Shown here one piece after another: positions 1 to 11,922 of a stretch of DNA of 43,556 nt. How positions within the stretch are numbered: position 1 is the first letter of the stretch; each line of letters begins with the position of its first letter. Made by a program: the position numbers and the translations under genes. The notes below the pieces were generated by a model. It was not told where the DNA came from and ran no database searches. It was given only the letters and a program-made list of their open reading frames with translations. Source of the DNA: Callorhinchus milii (Eukaryota); assembly GCF_018977255.1 (NCBI RefSeq), contig NW_024705451.1:1-43556 (forward strand). Direction: 5' to 3'.

Positions 1-200
1 GTAGTCACTCACTCTTTGATAGTCTATCCCATTTTCTCTCTCAGTCGCTCACTGACTTTCTCTCGCTCTGTATCTCTCATTGTCTCACTCTCTGTATCTC
101 ACCCTCCAAAAAACACAGTCACTACACTTTGTAATATATTTTCTCTCATAATCTCTCCCAATCTCTCTCTCTCAGTCACTCTTTCTCGATCTTTCTCTGC

Positions 201-521
201 AATAATAATAATAATCCTTCCATTTGATATAGCGCTTTTCACATCGGGAGGACGTCCCAAAGCGCTTCACAGAATGTACAGTAAAGTGAATTGACTGTAT
301 ATTTGTGGGCGAACGCGGCAGCCAATTGCGCACAGCAGTGACCCACAAACAGTCATAGATTGAAAATGACCAATTTATTATTGTTTTTGGTTTTGGAGGG
401 ATTATTATTAGGCTCTGTGTGGAGTAAGGAAACTTGCCCAAGGTTTCGCCCTCTGCCTGGAATTGAACTCAGGTCTCTCGCTTGCAAAGCGAGCGCTATA
501 ACCACTGAGCCACAGGACTCC
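201..521 (-). mobile_element. tRNA(Ala)-derived SINE, full length
   Basis: Head GGAGTCCTGTGGCTCAGTGG (A box), anticodon arm CTCGC-TTTGCAA-GCGAG (TGC), B box GAGTTCAATTC; L2-like 3' stem-loop; (ATT)n tail. Confidence 0.93.
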
Positions 522-723
522 ACGACTGTAAGTCAGTCTCTCTATCTCTCCCATGAAACACAGGCACTGCACTTTATAATATATTTTCAGTCTTTCTCAG
601 TCTTTCTTCCTCTTAGTCACACGCTCTGAGTCGCTCTCTCTCTCTCTCTTTCTCTCTCTCAGTCTTCCTTTATCTCTAACTCAGTTTCTCTCTATCTATC
701 TCAGAGTCTCTCTCTCTGCCTTT

Positions 724-760
<37 letters not shown>

Positions 761-2148
761 ACTCAGTCTCCCTCTCAGATTCTTTCTCTCTGTCTCTCCC
801 ACAAAATACAGTAACTACACTTAATAATATATTTTCTTTCGCAATCACTTTCATACTATCTCTCACTCTCCATCTGAGTCTCTCTCTCTCAGTTTCTCTT
901 CCTCTAACTCATTCGGTTTATCTCTCTCTTTTTCTCTCATTCTCTCTCAGTCTATCTCTGTGTCTCACAAGACGAAAGGCACTAAACTTTATAATATGTT
1001 TACACTCACCTTCTATCTCAGTCTATCTCTCTCTCTCCGTTTCTCTCCCAGTCTCTTACTCCGTTTCTCTCTGAGCCTCTCTCGCTATCTCTGACTGTTT
1101 TTCTCTCACTTAATCTCTCTCTGTCTCTCGCTCTGTCACTCTCATTCTCTCTTTCTGACTCTGTCTCTCTCTTTATCAGCCTCTTACACTCTCAGTCCCC
1201 GTCTGTCTAACAGTCACTCTCACATTTTCTCATTGTCTCTCCCACAAAACAGTCAAAGCGCCTTACAATATATTTTTGTCTCAGTCTCTCGTTGTATCTC
1301 TCTCTGTGTCTCTCACAAAACACACAGTACTCTACGTTATATTTCCTATCACATTCTATCTCTCTCTTTCTGTTAGGCTCCCTCTCTCTTAATCTCTCTC
1401 AGTCTCTTTGTCTTAATCTCTCTCTCAGTCTTGTCCACAAAGCAAACAGACTCTACACTTTACAATACATTCCCTCCCTCAGTCTCAGTCTCACAATCAT
1501 TGTGTCTACCTCAGTCTAATCCTCTTTTTCTCTTTGGCTTTCGCTTTCTCTCCATCTCTCTCTCACACAGTCTCTCTGCCTCTCGCTCTCTCTTCCTCTC
1601 ATGAAGACGCTCTCTCTCATTCCCTCTCAATCTCTCTTTCTGACTTTCTCTCCATCTCTCTCTCTCTGTGTATCTGTCATTCTCTCTCTCTCTCTCAGTC
1701 ACTCTCTCTCATTCTCACTCTCTCAGTCTCTGTCTCACACCGAAAACATACTGTCACTACAATACACAATATATTCTCTGTCACAGTGTCTTTTCTCTCT
1801 CTCTCTCCCACTCAATCTCGCTCTGCCTCTCGCTATGTCTTTCTCTCATTCAGTCGCTATCTCAGTCTCTTTCAGACTCTCTCTGAATCTCTCACTCTTT
1901 CCATCCGTCCGTCCGTCCGTCTGTCACTCTTCCTGTCTGTCTGTCTGTCGGTGCGTGACTGTTTGTCTGTATGTCACTCTGATACTCTGTCTATCTGTCT
2001 GTCGGTCTGTCTCTCTGTCTGTCTGTCTCTCACTCTGTCTCACAATCTCTCTCACTCTCTCTCTGCCTGTGTCTGTCTGTGTCTCTCTCTGTGTGTCTGT
2101 CTGTCTCTCTCTCTCTCTATCTGTCTGTATCTCTCCCTCGTTTTGTCT

Positions 2149-2210
2149 GTCCGTCCGTCCGTCCGTCCGTCCGTCCGTCCGTCCGTCCGTCCGTCCGTCC
2201 GTCCGTCCGT
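2149..2210. repeat. (GTCC)n microsatellite, about 15 units
   Basis: Perfect tetranucleotide run. Confidence 0.95.
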
Positions 2211-5200
2211 CTGTCTGTCTGTGTCTCTCTCTGTCTGTCTATCACCCCTCCCCCCCACCCATCACTCTCTGAGTCTCTGACTATCGCTCTGTCTTTCTCT
2301 CATTCGGTCTCCCCTTCAGTCTCTCCCACGATCTCTCGCTAAGTCTCTCCCAGAAAACACATTCATTATATGTTATATATCCTCTCATAGTCTCTCTCTC
2401 TCTCTCTCTCTCTTCTCTCTTTCTCTCTCTGTATCTCATTGTGTCTCTCTCTTACAGTGTCTCTCAGCCGCTTTCTCTCTCCGTCTCTCTTTCTATCTTT
2501 TACGCAAAACACACATTCACCACAGCTTTTAGTATATTTTCTCCACAGTCGCTCTCAGTCTCTCTCTCTTTCTGTTTATCTCTCCCAATTTTGTTCTCTC
2601 TCTCTCAAAGTCCATCTGTCTCAGTCTTTCTTTCTCTCTGCCGCTTTCTCTTTCTGTTTCAGTTTCTCTCTCAGTATCTACCTTTCTCTCCCATTCTCTC
2701 TCTACCGGCTCTCACTCACACCATCTCTCTATCTGACCATTGCTCTATCTTTCTCTCACTCAGTCTCTCTCCCATTCTCTCTCTAAGTCTTTCGCTCTGT
2801 GTCTCTTATTCTCCCTCTCTCACTGCTTCGCTGTTTATCTCTCAGTAGCTCATTCTGCCTCTCTGCCTGTCAGTCTATCGCTCTCTCATTTTCTATCTCT
2901 CTCTACTTTCTTTCAGTATCTCTCCCAGTCTCTCTCTCTCTCTATCTCTCGCTCCCTGAGTCAGTGTGTCTCTTTCTCCAACTCTCAGTCTCGCTCTCCA
3001 TCTGTCGCTGTCTTTCTCTCATTCAGCCTCTCGCTCAATCTCTATCAGCAACTCTCACAGTCTCTCGCTGAATCTTTCCCACAAACACACAGTCACTACA
3101 AATTATATTGCCGCTCACAGTCTCTACCCCTTTCTCTTAGTCTGTTTATCTCTTTGTCTCTCTATCAGTCTCTTTCTCTCTGTCTCTTTCTCTCTGTCTT
3201 CCTTTCTCAATCTGTCTCTGCCAGTTTCACTGTCTTTCCCACAAAACACACAGTCACTACGGTTTGTAATATATTTTCTCCACAGTCTCTCTCAGTTTCT
3301 CTCTCTGTGTATCTCCCCCAGGCTCCTTCTCTCTCTCGTAGTCACTCCCTCTCAGTATATCTCTCTTTTACTGTCCTTCGCTTATCTTTCTCTCTCACAG
3401 TTTCTCTCTCTCTCTCAGTATCCGGTTCTATCTCAGTCTCTCTCTCTCTCTCTCTCTCTCTCCCAGTCTCTCCCTCACAGTGCTTCCCCCTCTCATTCAG
3501 TCTCTCTCTCGGTATATCGCTCTAGATTTCTGTCACTCAGTCGCTCTCTTATTATCTTTCGCTTTCTGTCTCTCTCATTCTCTCTCTCTCAGTGCTTCTC
3601 TGCCTTCCCCCACTCTCTCTCTCTGGGTGTCTTTTACTGCCCACCTCCCTCTCTCTGTCAGTCTATCTCTCTCAATCTCTATCTCCCTCTCCCAGTCTCT
3701 TTCTCTCTCGCAGTTATTCTCTCTTTCAGTCTCTCGTGCTTTCATAGAATGAGCGAGAGGGAAACAAATGTGAAGTGACTGTGTGTTTTTCTTTGAGAGA
3801 CAGAGAGAGAGAAGGAAACTGAGAGAGAGAGAGAGAGAGTGACTGAGTGACAAAGAGAGAGAATAGGAGAGAGAAAATAACTGCAAAAGAAATAGAAAAT
3901 GAGACAGAGTTAGTGAAGAGAGGGAGACTGAGAGGGAGAATACGTTAAGTGTAATAGCTGTGTTTTGTGGAGGAGACGTAGAGACTGACAGAGAAAGAGA
4001 GAGTCAGAGAGAAGCACAGAGATTGTGTGTGTGTGCGTGAGAGAGGGAGAGAGACACACACGCAGAGCTAATTTATTAAAAAGTGTATTGACTGTGTTTT
4101 GTGGGAATTAGAGTGAAAGGGAGACTCAACGGAAGAAGCAGCGAGTAACTGAGATTGAGAGAGAGACTGAGAGTGAAAACAAGAGACAGAAAGTGAGAAT
4201 GAGAGAGAACGAGAGAGAGACGAGGAGAAAGACTGACAGCGAAAGGGAGAAAAAGGCAGTGAGAGATATATATCCAGTGTATTTTGTGGGAGAGACAGAG
4301 AGAGAGAAAGAAAGATGGGGAGAGACTGAGCAAGAATATATATGTGTGTGTAGCGAATCTGTGTTTTGCGGGAGTGACAGAGAGACTGAAACTGTGATAG
4401 AGAAAGTGACTGAGAGAGAGACTGAAAGAGAGAGTGAGAGACACAGAGAAAGACTGAGAGAGAGACTGATAGAGAGAGACTTATAGAAAAGAACACATAC
4501 AGAGGAACTTAGAGAGAGAAAGAGACTAACCGTAAAAAGAGACTGAGAAAGAATATATTATAAAGTGTAGTGACTGTGTGTTTTGTGGGAGAGACAGAGA
4601 AACACAACTGTTTGTGGAGACAAAGTGCAGCTGGTGTAAGAGACAGCATCAGATAATAATAATCATAATAAGCCTTGCATTTGTTACAGCACCTTATCTG
4701 GACAAGACGCCTTAACAATCTGGGCTGCTGGGGCTACAGGGAGTGGGATCTCCCCAGTGCCTGGTCCTGGCAGCAGCACAGTTTACGCTGAGTCTATTCC
4801 AGCAGCACTGTAACCCTCAGTCAGTGTGTGAGTGAGGCTAATGTCTTGGCTTCTGCAGCCCGGCCTGCAATCTCCAGGTTCTGGGCAGTGTATCTCTCTA
4901 TTCTCTCGTTATCCAAACACTGTGAGCCCCAGACCTGGGAAAGAGAATCTCTGTGGCTGTGAGATCTCAGGAGCTGGAAATGGAGACTCTTCACCAGGGC
5001 CAGGGGAGCCCACACCTGTCAGACTGATGTCAGGCTGAGGGAGATGTGTTTGTGGTGAATTATATTGTATCAGTGTTATAACATTGTACTGGAGAGAGGG
5101 TGTGTCTGCCCCTGGATAAATGGGAAGCCCTCGGGAGGTCTTTTTACCCTGGAATACAGCACTGAGGGGAGTTGCCGCCAGGATGAGAGGACACAGGAAT

Positions 5201-5718
5201 CTTCCGACCGAACCACACGATTCAGGAGAGTGATCCCCAGGGTCCTGAGCTGGTGGGAAGCTCAGAGGCTTAGAGCGTAGAAGGGTGTTTGTGTGTCAGA
5301 GACTCTGTGGTCAGGAGAACCATCTCCTGTATGAATAACCATGAAACACCGAATGGTGTCTCTGAACGTAAGCTCTGGTCTGTCTGACCTGGGATCAAGT
5401 TACAATTTATTCAATAAAGTGAGCATCCCAGTCGGGAGTCAGGAACCAATCCCAATAACATCAGCAACCTGGGAATGTCACCAAAGGGCTCAGGATGCGG
5501 AGCAGCCAGGTGTACAGTGGAATGTCAGCTATTCACATCCCTATCCACCAGGGCAGGATTGAGGTGTGTGACGGCCATCACAGTGTGACCCACTGTTCCC
5601 TCCAGCTGTGTGATACTATTCTCCCATTGATCAGCTGGTGTTTAATGTCATTAAATTCCAGGAGAATGGCTTTGAAATAAGAATAATATGAATAAGATTT
5701 ACAAACAGAGTAACTTAC

Positions 5719-7519
5719 AGCAACTCTTGACACTTGTGCAGAGCAGGAACCAGACGCTGGAGACCCTCCTCCTGAATGTAGCAGTTCTTCAGATTCAGTT
5801 GTTTTATTGTGTCACACAGTCCAATGGCCTGAGACACCACAACACAGTCTATCGGTGTCAGTCTCAATGCTTTCTCTGGAGAGGAGTCACCAAATGTCAG
5901 TGTGTGTATAGAGCCCAGTGTGAGCTGTGCTAGAGCTTGATTCTGAGACTCAAACAGGTAGTGGAGTGTGTTCAGCAGCTTCCTTTTCCCAGTGACGGTG
6001 ACCGTGTCACTGATCTGAGCTTTAAACTTCTCCTTCAGCCAATCGATCACCGCACAGGTTGTCTGATGGACAAATGGGCCCAGAAACTCCTCCAGTGGCT
6101 GAGCTGCCCGTGGGGAGGAGAGACCAGCAACAAAGCGCAGGAATATCTCAAACCGGCCGTCCTCCTCCCTGTGAGCTTTATTGAGGTGTTTCTGCAGATC
6201 TCCTGTATTTGGAGACAGGAACTGAGCGACTGCGGCTACAAATTCCTGGATGGTGAGGTGCGGAAAAGTGTAGACCACGCTGTGATCTGAAGACTCTCTC
6301 TCCACAAGTTCCACGAGAAACCCAGAGAGGAACTGGGAAGGCTGGAGGTTATATTTGATCAGATCTTCATCATTAAAGACAATGTTTCTCTGGGAGACTC
6401 CAGTGAAGGCCATCTCACCAATCTTCAGCATCACATCACGGGGGCTTTCCATCTTGACACTGTGATGTGATAGAATGTTATAAATATAATAGGAGAAGAG
6501 TTGTGTGACTGTCTTGGGAACTCGCTGTTTGTTGCTGTGTTTCCGTGTAAAGAAGGGACCCAGAGACAGAGCGAGGATCCAGCAGTAGGACGGGTTGTAG
6601 CACATGGTGAGCAGGAGCTCGTTCTCCTCCACGTGGCTGTAAACAGCAGCCGCCACCTCCTGATCCTCAAAGAACTTGTGAAAATATTCCCTTTTCTCTT
6701 CACCCACAAATCCCAGGATTTCAGCCCAGACACTGACCTGAGCCTTTGCCAGTAACTGTAATGCAGTGGGGCGGCTGGTCACCAGCACTGAGCAGCCTGG
6801 CAGCAGCTTTTTCTGTATTAAACTGTACACAATGTCAGACATTTTACAACGGAATTCAGGGTCTGTGCACCTGCGCTGAGGCTCTGTGTCTCTCCGATTG
6901 TCAGCGAAATCAATACTTCCCCTAAATTCATCCAAACCATCAAATATAAAGAGCAATGTCTCTGGTTGTTTCCACAGCTCATCCAGAACACCCCTGAGGT
7001 AAGGATACTGCTCCACGGTCAGGCGGTTCAGTGTAATTCTGCAGTTTAATCTGTTTAGATCTCGGAATTTAAAAATAAATATGAAGTGAAAGTGAGAATA
7101 GATTTTGCCTGTGGCCCAGTCATTGACAATCTTTTGCACCATAGTTGTTTTTCCAATCCCAGCCACTCCACTCACTACTGCGGAAGACCCTGTGAAATTG
7201 CCAGGTCCGCTTCTCTTGAAGATTTTTTTCAACCAGGAAAATAGACCTCCTCCAGAGAAGCTGCTGTGGAACAGTTTATCAATTCGGATTTTTTCCAGCT
7301 CTCCCCGGAGCTGCTTCTGTCTCCACTCCTCGTGTTCTCTGCCTCTCAACAGCAGCTCATGTTCTACCAGATCCCGGTCACGTACATCAGAAATGATTGT
7401 CAGCTCCGTGTAGCGATCAACCAACTGAAACTGCTTCACCTTCTCCTTTATCACGATGGTCTTCACTTCCAGTTTCTCAGTTTGTTTCTTTAACGTCTCC
7501 TTGTGCAATTGCTGAATGG
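5719..7519 (-). CDS. NLR (NACHT-LRR, NLRP3/NLRC3-like) large exon: FISNA-like region, NACHT, winged helix/HD2 and first LRRs
   Basis: The 608-aa ORF carries Walker A GVAGIGKTT (7169-7143), Walker B LLFIFDGLDE, sensor VLVTSRP, EILGF, CYNPSYCW, YTFPHLTIQEFVAA, FEIFLRFVAGL and LRR-like LNLKNCYIQEEGLQRL. Acceptor aag|CC at 7519 (phase 1); donor CT|gtaagt at 5719. Confidence 0.96.
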
Positions 7520-7781
7520 CTTCATGTGGAACAATGATCAATCGGAGAGTAAATTGAGGAATTATTTAGCATTATTAAAAAATGACATTTAGTTTCAGTT
7601 AAGGGGCTTTGAAAGAAGGATTACATTCCAAAGCGCTGCATACGACTTAGTTTAAAGTGTGATGACTGTGTTTGTTGGGCAGATGCAGCAGCCACATTGC
7701 GGAAAGCGACAGCAGCCACAAGTAGTCGGGACGTGTGTGACTACATCGTGGAGTCCTGTAGCTCAGTGGTTACACTCCACA

Positions 7782-8151
7782 CAATGGCTTTGGTTTGCAA
7801 CCTTAGAAGGAGCTGATTTGGAAGCATACTATCCCCCAGGAATGATCTTCCACAACAAGACCTAACCACGTGCCGATCTGGCTGGTATGTCACTGCAAGC
7901 CCTGCCCATGTGTCAGGTTGGATGTATTTTCACTGCAAAACCTGCCATGGGTCAGTCTGTATTGTCTGTCATCATCAGCGATTGGTTCATGAACCGTTCA
8001 ACATGTCCCTGATCTTCCATTTCACAAATTGTGAATTTGCTCAAGCCCAATATATATTGACTGATCTTTCGTTTCCAAAGTATGTGAGATAAATGTACGT
8101 GCTTTTGTTTAAAAGCGCTTAATAAACACATTACATTTGTTCATTATCATC
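7782..8151 (+). repeat. ~370-bp intragenic direct duplicate of 13948-14318
   Basis: Collinear from caatggctttggtttgcaaccttag to aataaacacattacatttgttcattatcatc. Confidence 0.92.
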
Positions 8152-8475
8152 GGAGTCCTGTAGCTCAGTGGTTAGAGCACTCGCTTTGCAAGCGAGAGAC
8201 CTGAGTTCAATTCCAGGCAGAGGGCGAAACCTTGGGCAAGTTTCCTTACTCCACACAGAGCCTAATAATAATCCCTCCAAAACCAAAAACAATAATAAAT
8301 TGGTCATTTTCAATCTACGACTGTTTGTGTGACATTGCTGTGCGCAATTGGCTGCCGCGTTCGCCCACAAATATACAGTCAATTCACTTTACAGTGTGTT
8401 CTGTGAAGCGCTTTGGGACGTCCTCCCGACGTGAAAAGCACTATAACAAATGCAAGGATTATTATTATTATTATT
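8152..8475 (+). mobile_element. tRNA(Ala)-derived SINE, full length
   Basis: Same family as 201-521; A/B boxes and (ATT)n tail. Confidence 0.93.
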
Positions 8476-8645
8476 TGAGGGATTGTTGGCCAGGTATCCG
8501 GGAGAGAGAAATTCCATTCTCTTTTGAAATAGTGCCGCTGGATCTTTAACATCCACCCGAATAGGCAGACAGGATCTGTTTCATGTCCAAATGACGCCAT
8601 CTACTGCAATGTAACACATCCCAGAATGGCACTGGAGTGTCAACA
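8476..8645 (-). mobile_element. Degenerate Deu-domain (AmnSINE1/SacSINE1-like) SINE fragment; similar relics near 12900-12965 and 40870-41120
   Basis: gaaatagtgcc..ggatcttt.acatccacc.ga..ggcagac...gcactggagtgtca resembles the DeuSINE core as recalled from memory, not from a search. Confidence 0.5.
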
Positions 8646-8664
8646 TATCCTGTTGATGTATAGG

Positions 8665-9345
8665 CACATAGGAACAGGAGTAGGCCGTTCAGCCAGTTTC
8701 GCCATTTAATTAGATCATGGCTGATCTATATCTTTACTGGAATTTCAAATCAAATTTCCTGCTTTCTCCTTTAATACCCCGACCTGTTAAAAATCTGTCA
8801 ATCTCTTTCTTGAAGGAGTGGATGGATCCAGCATCCATGACCTTTTGGGGGAGAGAGTTCTAGATTTCTAACACCCTTTGAGGGAAAAAATGCTTCCTAC
8901 TTTCACTCTTAAATGGTCTGGTTCTACGTGTAAGAATATCCTCCTTGATCTACATTCCCCCAACCCAGGAAATAGCTTTCTGCACCTGTTCTATCAAATA
9001 CTTTTATCGCCCTAAAAACCTCCATCAAATCACCCCTCAATCTTCCAAACTCGAGGGAGTACAATCCAAGTTTAAGCAGCCTTTCTTGTAACTTAACCCT
9101 TTTTGGCCCAGTAACATTCTGGTGAATCTGCGCTGCAGCCCTTCCAAAGCTAATATATCTTTCTTGTGGTGTGGTGCCCAAAACTGAACGCAACAACAAC
9201 AACAAAACTACTTTTACAGAATGCCTTTTAAGTCGTTACTACTTGAGGTGTCCTGCTTCTCCCAGTCTATGTGAAAAATAAAATCTCCCATTATAACCAC
9301 GTTGTTTTTGCGACATGCCACCCTGATTTCCGTATTTATATATTG
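8665..9345 (-). mobile_element. CR1 LINE fragments (3' end and an endonuclease piece)
   Basis: Translations ERLLKLGLYSLEFGRLRGDLMEVFR and VVIMGDFIFHIDWE. Confidence 0.8.
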
Positions 9346-9432
9346 TGAACTGAAACCCATATCTCTGACTGCGAGACAAGAGGAACAGAAACTGAGCTGA
9401 AAAAACAAGGAATAAGCAATCTGAATTATATT

Positions 9433-9709
9433 AATAATAATAGCAATAATCCCTGATTTGATATAGCGCTTTTCACGACTGCTAGACGTCCCAAAGTGCT
9501 TCACAGAATATACTGTAAAGTGAATTGACTGTATATTTGTGGGCAAACCCGGCAGCCAATTGCGCGCAGCAAAGTCCCACAAACAGTCATAGATTGAAAA
9601 TGACCAATTTATTGTGGTTTTTTGTTTTTTTGGAGGGATTATTATTAGGCGTGTGGAGTAAGGAAACTTGCCCAAGATTTCGCCCCCTGCCTGGAATTGA
9701 ACTCAGGTC
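9433..9709 (-). mobile_element. SINE, 5'-truncated
   Basis: Matches the family from the B box to the tail. Confidence 0.9.
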
Positions 9710-9829
9710 AGAATATTCAAAAAACGGTAGATTTTCTGGGCATTATATAATGAATGTGTGACTTCTTGTGGGAAAGATCATTCCAATGTACTATTTGCTG
9801 AAGTAATTTAAGAATTATATAAGGATCAT

Positions 9830-11680
9830 TCCCCTCACTCCTCATCTCCCTTCTCCCATCTTCCTTCATCTGTCTACTGTCCCTCCCTCCTACCCTCTGC
9901 CCTTCATACTCGCATCTTGTCGGCCCTCCATACTCCATTCTCACCTCCATTTTCCCTTCTCCCATCCATACACCCCTCCATAGTCCTGTCTCCCCTCCAT
10001 ACTACTCTCCACACTCCCCTCTCCCCTTCATACTCCCCGCTCCCCTCCATACTCCCCGCTCCCCTCCATACTCCCCGCTCCCCTCCATAATCCCCGCTCC
10101 CCTCCATAATCCCCGCTCCCCTCCATACTGCGCTCTCACTTACATATTCCTGTCTCCCCTCCATACACCCCTCTATACACCCCTCTACACGCCATAAACC
10201 CCTCTCCCCACCATACTCTCCTCTCCCGTCCATACTCCCTTCTCCGGTCCACACTTCGCTCTCCCGTCCACACTTCGCTCTCACGTCCACACTTCGCTCT
10301 CTTCTCCACACTTCGCTCTCACGTTCACACTTCGCTCTCACGTCCACACTTACCACTCCCCTCCATACTCTCCTCTCCCATGCATACTCCCCTCTCCCCT
10401 CCATACTCCCCTCTCCCCTCCATACTCCCCTCTCCTCTCCATACTCCCCTACATATACCCCTCTCCCCTCCATACTCCCCTCTCCGTTCTCCCCTCTTCA
10501 CTCCATAATCCCCTCTCTGCTCCATAATCCCCTCTCCCCTCCATGCTAACCACTCCATCCATGCTCCGTTCTCCCCTCCATACACCTCTCTCCTCTCCAC
10601 ACACCGCTCTCCGCTTGATATATTCCTCTTCCTTTGACACACTCCTCTCCCCTTGACACACCCCTCTCCCCTTGACACACCCCTCTCCCCTTGACACACC
10701 CCTCTCCCCTTGACACACCCCTCTCCCCTTGACACACACCTCTCCCCTTGACACACACCTCTCCCCTTCGTACTCCCCACTCCCCTTCGTACTCCCCACT
10801 CCCCTTCGTATTCCCCTCTCCCCTTCGTACTCCCCTCTCCCCTGCGTATGCCACTCTCCCCTGCGTACGCCACTCTCCCCTGCGTACGCCCCTCTCCCCT
10901 GCGTACGCCCCTCTCCCCTGCGTACGCCCCTCTCCCCTGCGTACGCCCCTCTCCCCCGCGTACGCCCCTCTCCCCCGCGTACGCCCCTCTCCACCGCGTA
11001 CGCCCCTCTCCCCCGCGTACGCCCCTCTCCCCACCGTACGCCCCTCTCCCCCCCGTACGCCCCTCTCCCCCCCGTACGCCCGTCTCCCCCCATACGCCCC
11101 TCTCCCCCATACGCCCCTCTCCCCCCATACGCCCCTCTCTCATCTCCCCTCCATGTTCTCCTATCCCTTCCATATGCCTCTCATCCCTCCATACGCCTCT
11201 CGTCCCTCCATAATCCCTCTCCTCCATGATCCCTCTCGCCTCTATAATACTGTCTCACTTCTATATTCCCCTTCTCCACTCCCCTGCATGCTGCCTCTCC
11301 CGTTCATATTCACCTCTCCTCTCTCCTCCATGCTCCCCTGCATGCTGCCCTCCATGCTCCCCTCGCAATTCTATGCTCCCCTCAATGGGCCCCTCCATAC
11401 TCCTTTCGCCCCTCTATGCTCCCTTCTACCCTCCGTGTTCCACTCCATGCTCCCCTCTGGGCTCCCCACTCCCCTGTATGCTCCCCTCTTCCGTGCATGC
11501 TTAACTGTCTCCTCCATGCTCCTCTCTCCCCTCCATGCTCCCCTACCCACTCCATACTCCCTTCCCTACTCCATAATCCCCTCTGCCCACCATACATCCC
11601 TCTCCCCAACATACTCCTTTCTCCACTCCAATCTTCGCTCCTTCCTCCCACATTACCCCTCCCCTCTCCTCGCTTGCATT
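9830..11680. repeat. C-rich 19-bp minisatellite with variant blocks
   Basis: Units cccctctcccctccatact, cccctctccccttgacaca, cccctctcccctgcgtacg. Confidence 0.92.
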
Positions 11681-11767
11681 TTCTGGATATCATCAGAAAA
11701 TGGTAAACTGCCAAACTGTACACTTCAGAAGTGATTGACTGGTTTGTATCTTGTCCCTTTCACATAC

Positions 11768-11833
11768 CTTTCAGATCACTGGAGACATCTGATACACTTC
11801 GGTCAATGGTCACTTCATCCACTAGACTGGCAC
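11768..11833 (-). CDS. NLR linker exon (66 bp, phase 1-1): GASLVDEVTIDRSVSDVSSDLK
   Basis: aaaacag|GTGCC...CTGAAAG|gtatgt; open frame that joins both neighbouring exons in phase (G+CC = Ala of AIQQLHKE). Confidence 0.85.
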
Positions 11834-11922
11834 CTGTTTTGAATAGAGTTAATATTATTAAATTGAAGGGATGGTGTCTCAGTAAGATGTGAGTGGAGGC
11901 ACAGAGAAACATCACACATTAC

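Larger units (their letters stand above)
1..4620. repeat. CT-rich low-complexity satellite with a recurring ~40-bp motif; polarity flips to AG-rich at about 3745
   Basis: (CT)n-like sequence with repeated ctcccacaaaacacacagtcactacactttataatatatt variants. Confidence 0.9.

Noticed and set aside
172..629. Recurring small ORFs MGKFPYST.. and MKMTNLLL.. that look like a peptide family with a signal sequence
   Set aside because: They are translations of the SINE and recur wherever it is inserted.
1292..4496. Long Ser/Leu-rich and Arg/Glu-rich ORFs
   Set aside because: Translations of (CT)n/(AG)n low-complexity DNA, open in several frames; the same applies at 21.4-28.5 kb.
4620..5700. Additional LRR exons of the NLR
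   Set aside because: No LxLxxNxL-type frame bounded by splice sites was found by eye.
8152..8220. tRNA-Ala(TGC) gene
   Set aside because: The acceptor stem is not complete and the sequence runs into a SINE body and tail.
9904..11734. Overlapping 160-330-aa Gly/Arg- and Pro-rich ORFs
   Set aside because: Products of the 19-bp minisatellite, open on both strands.
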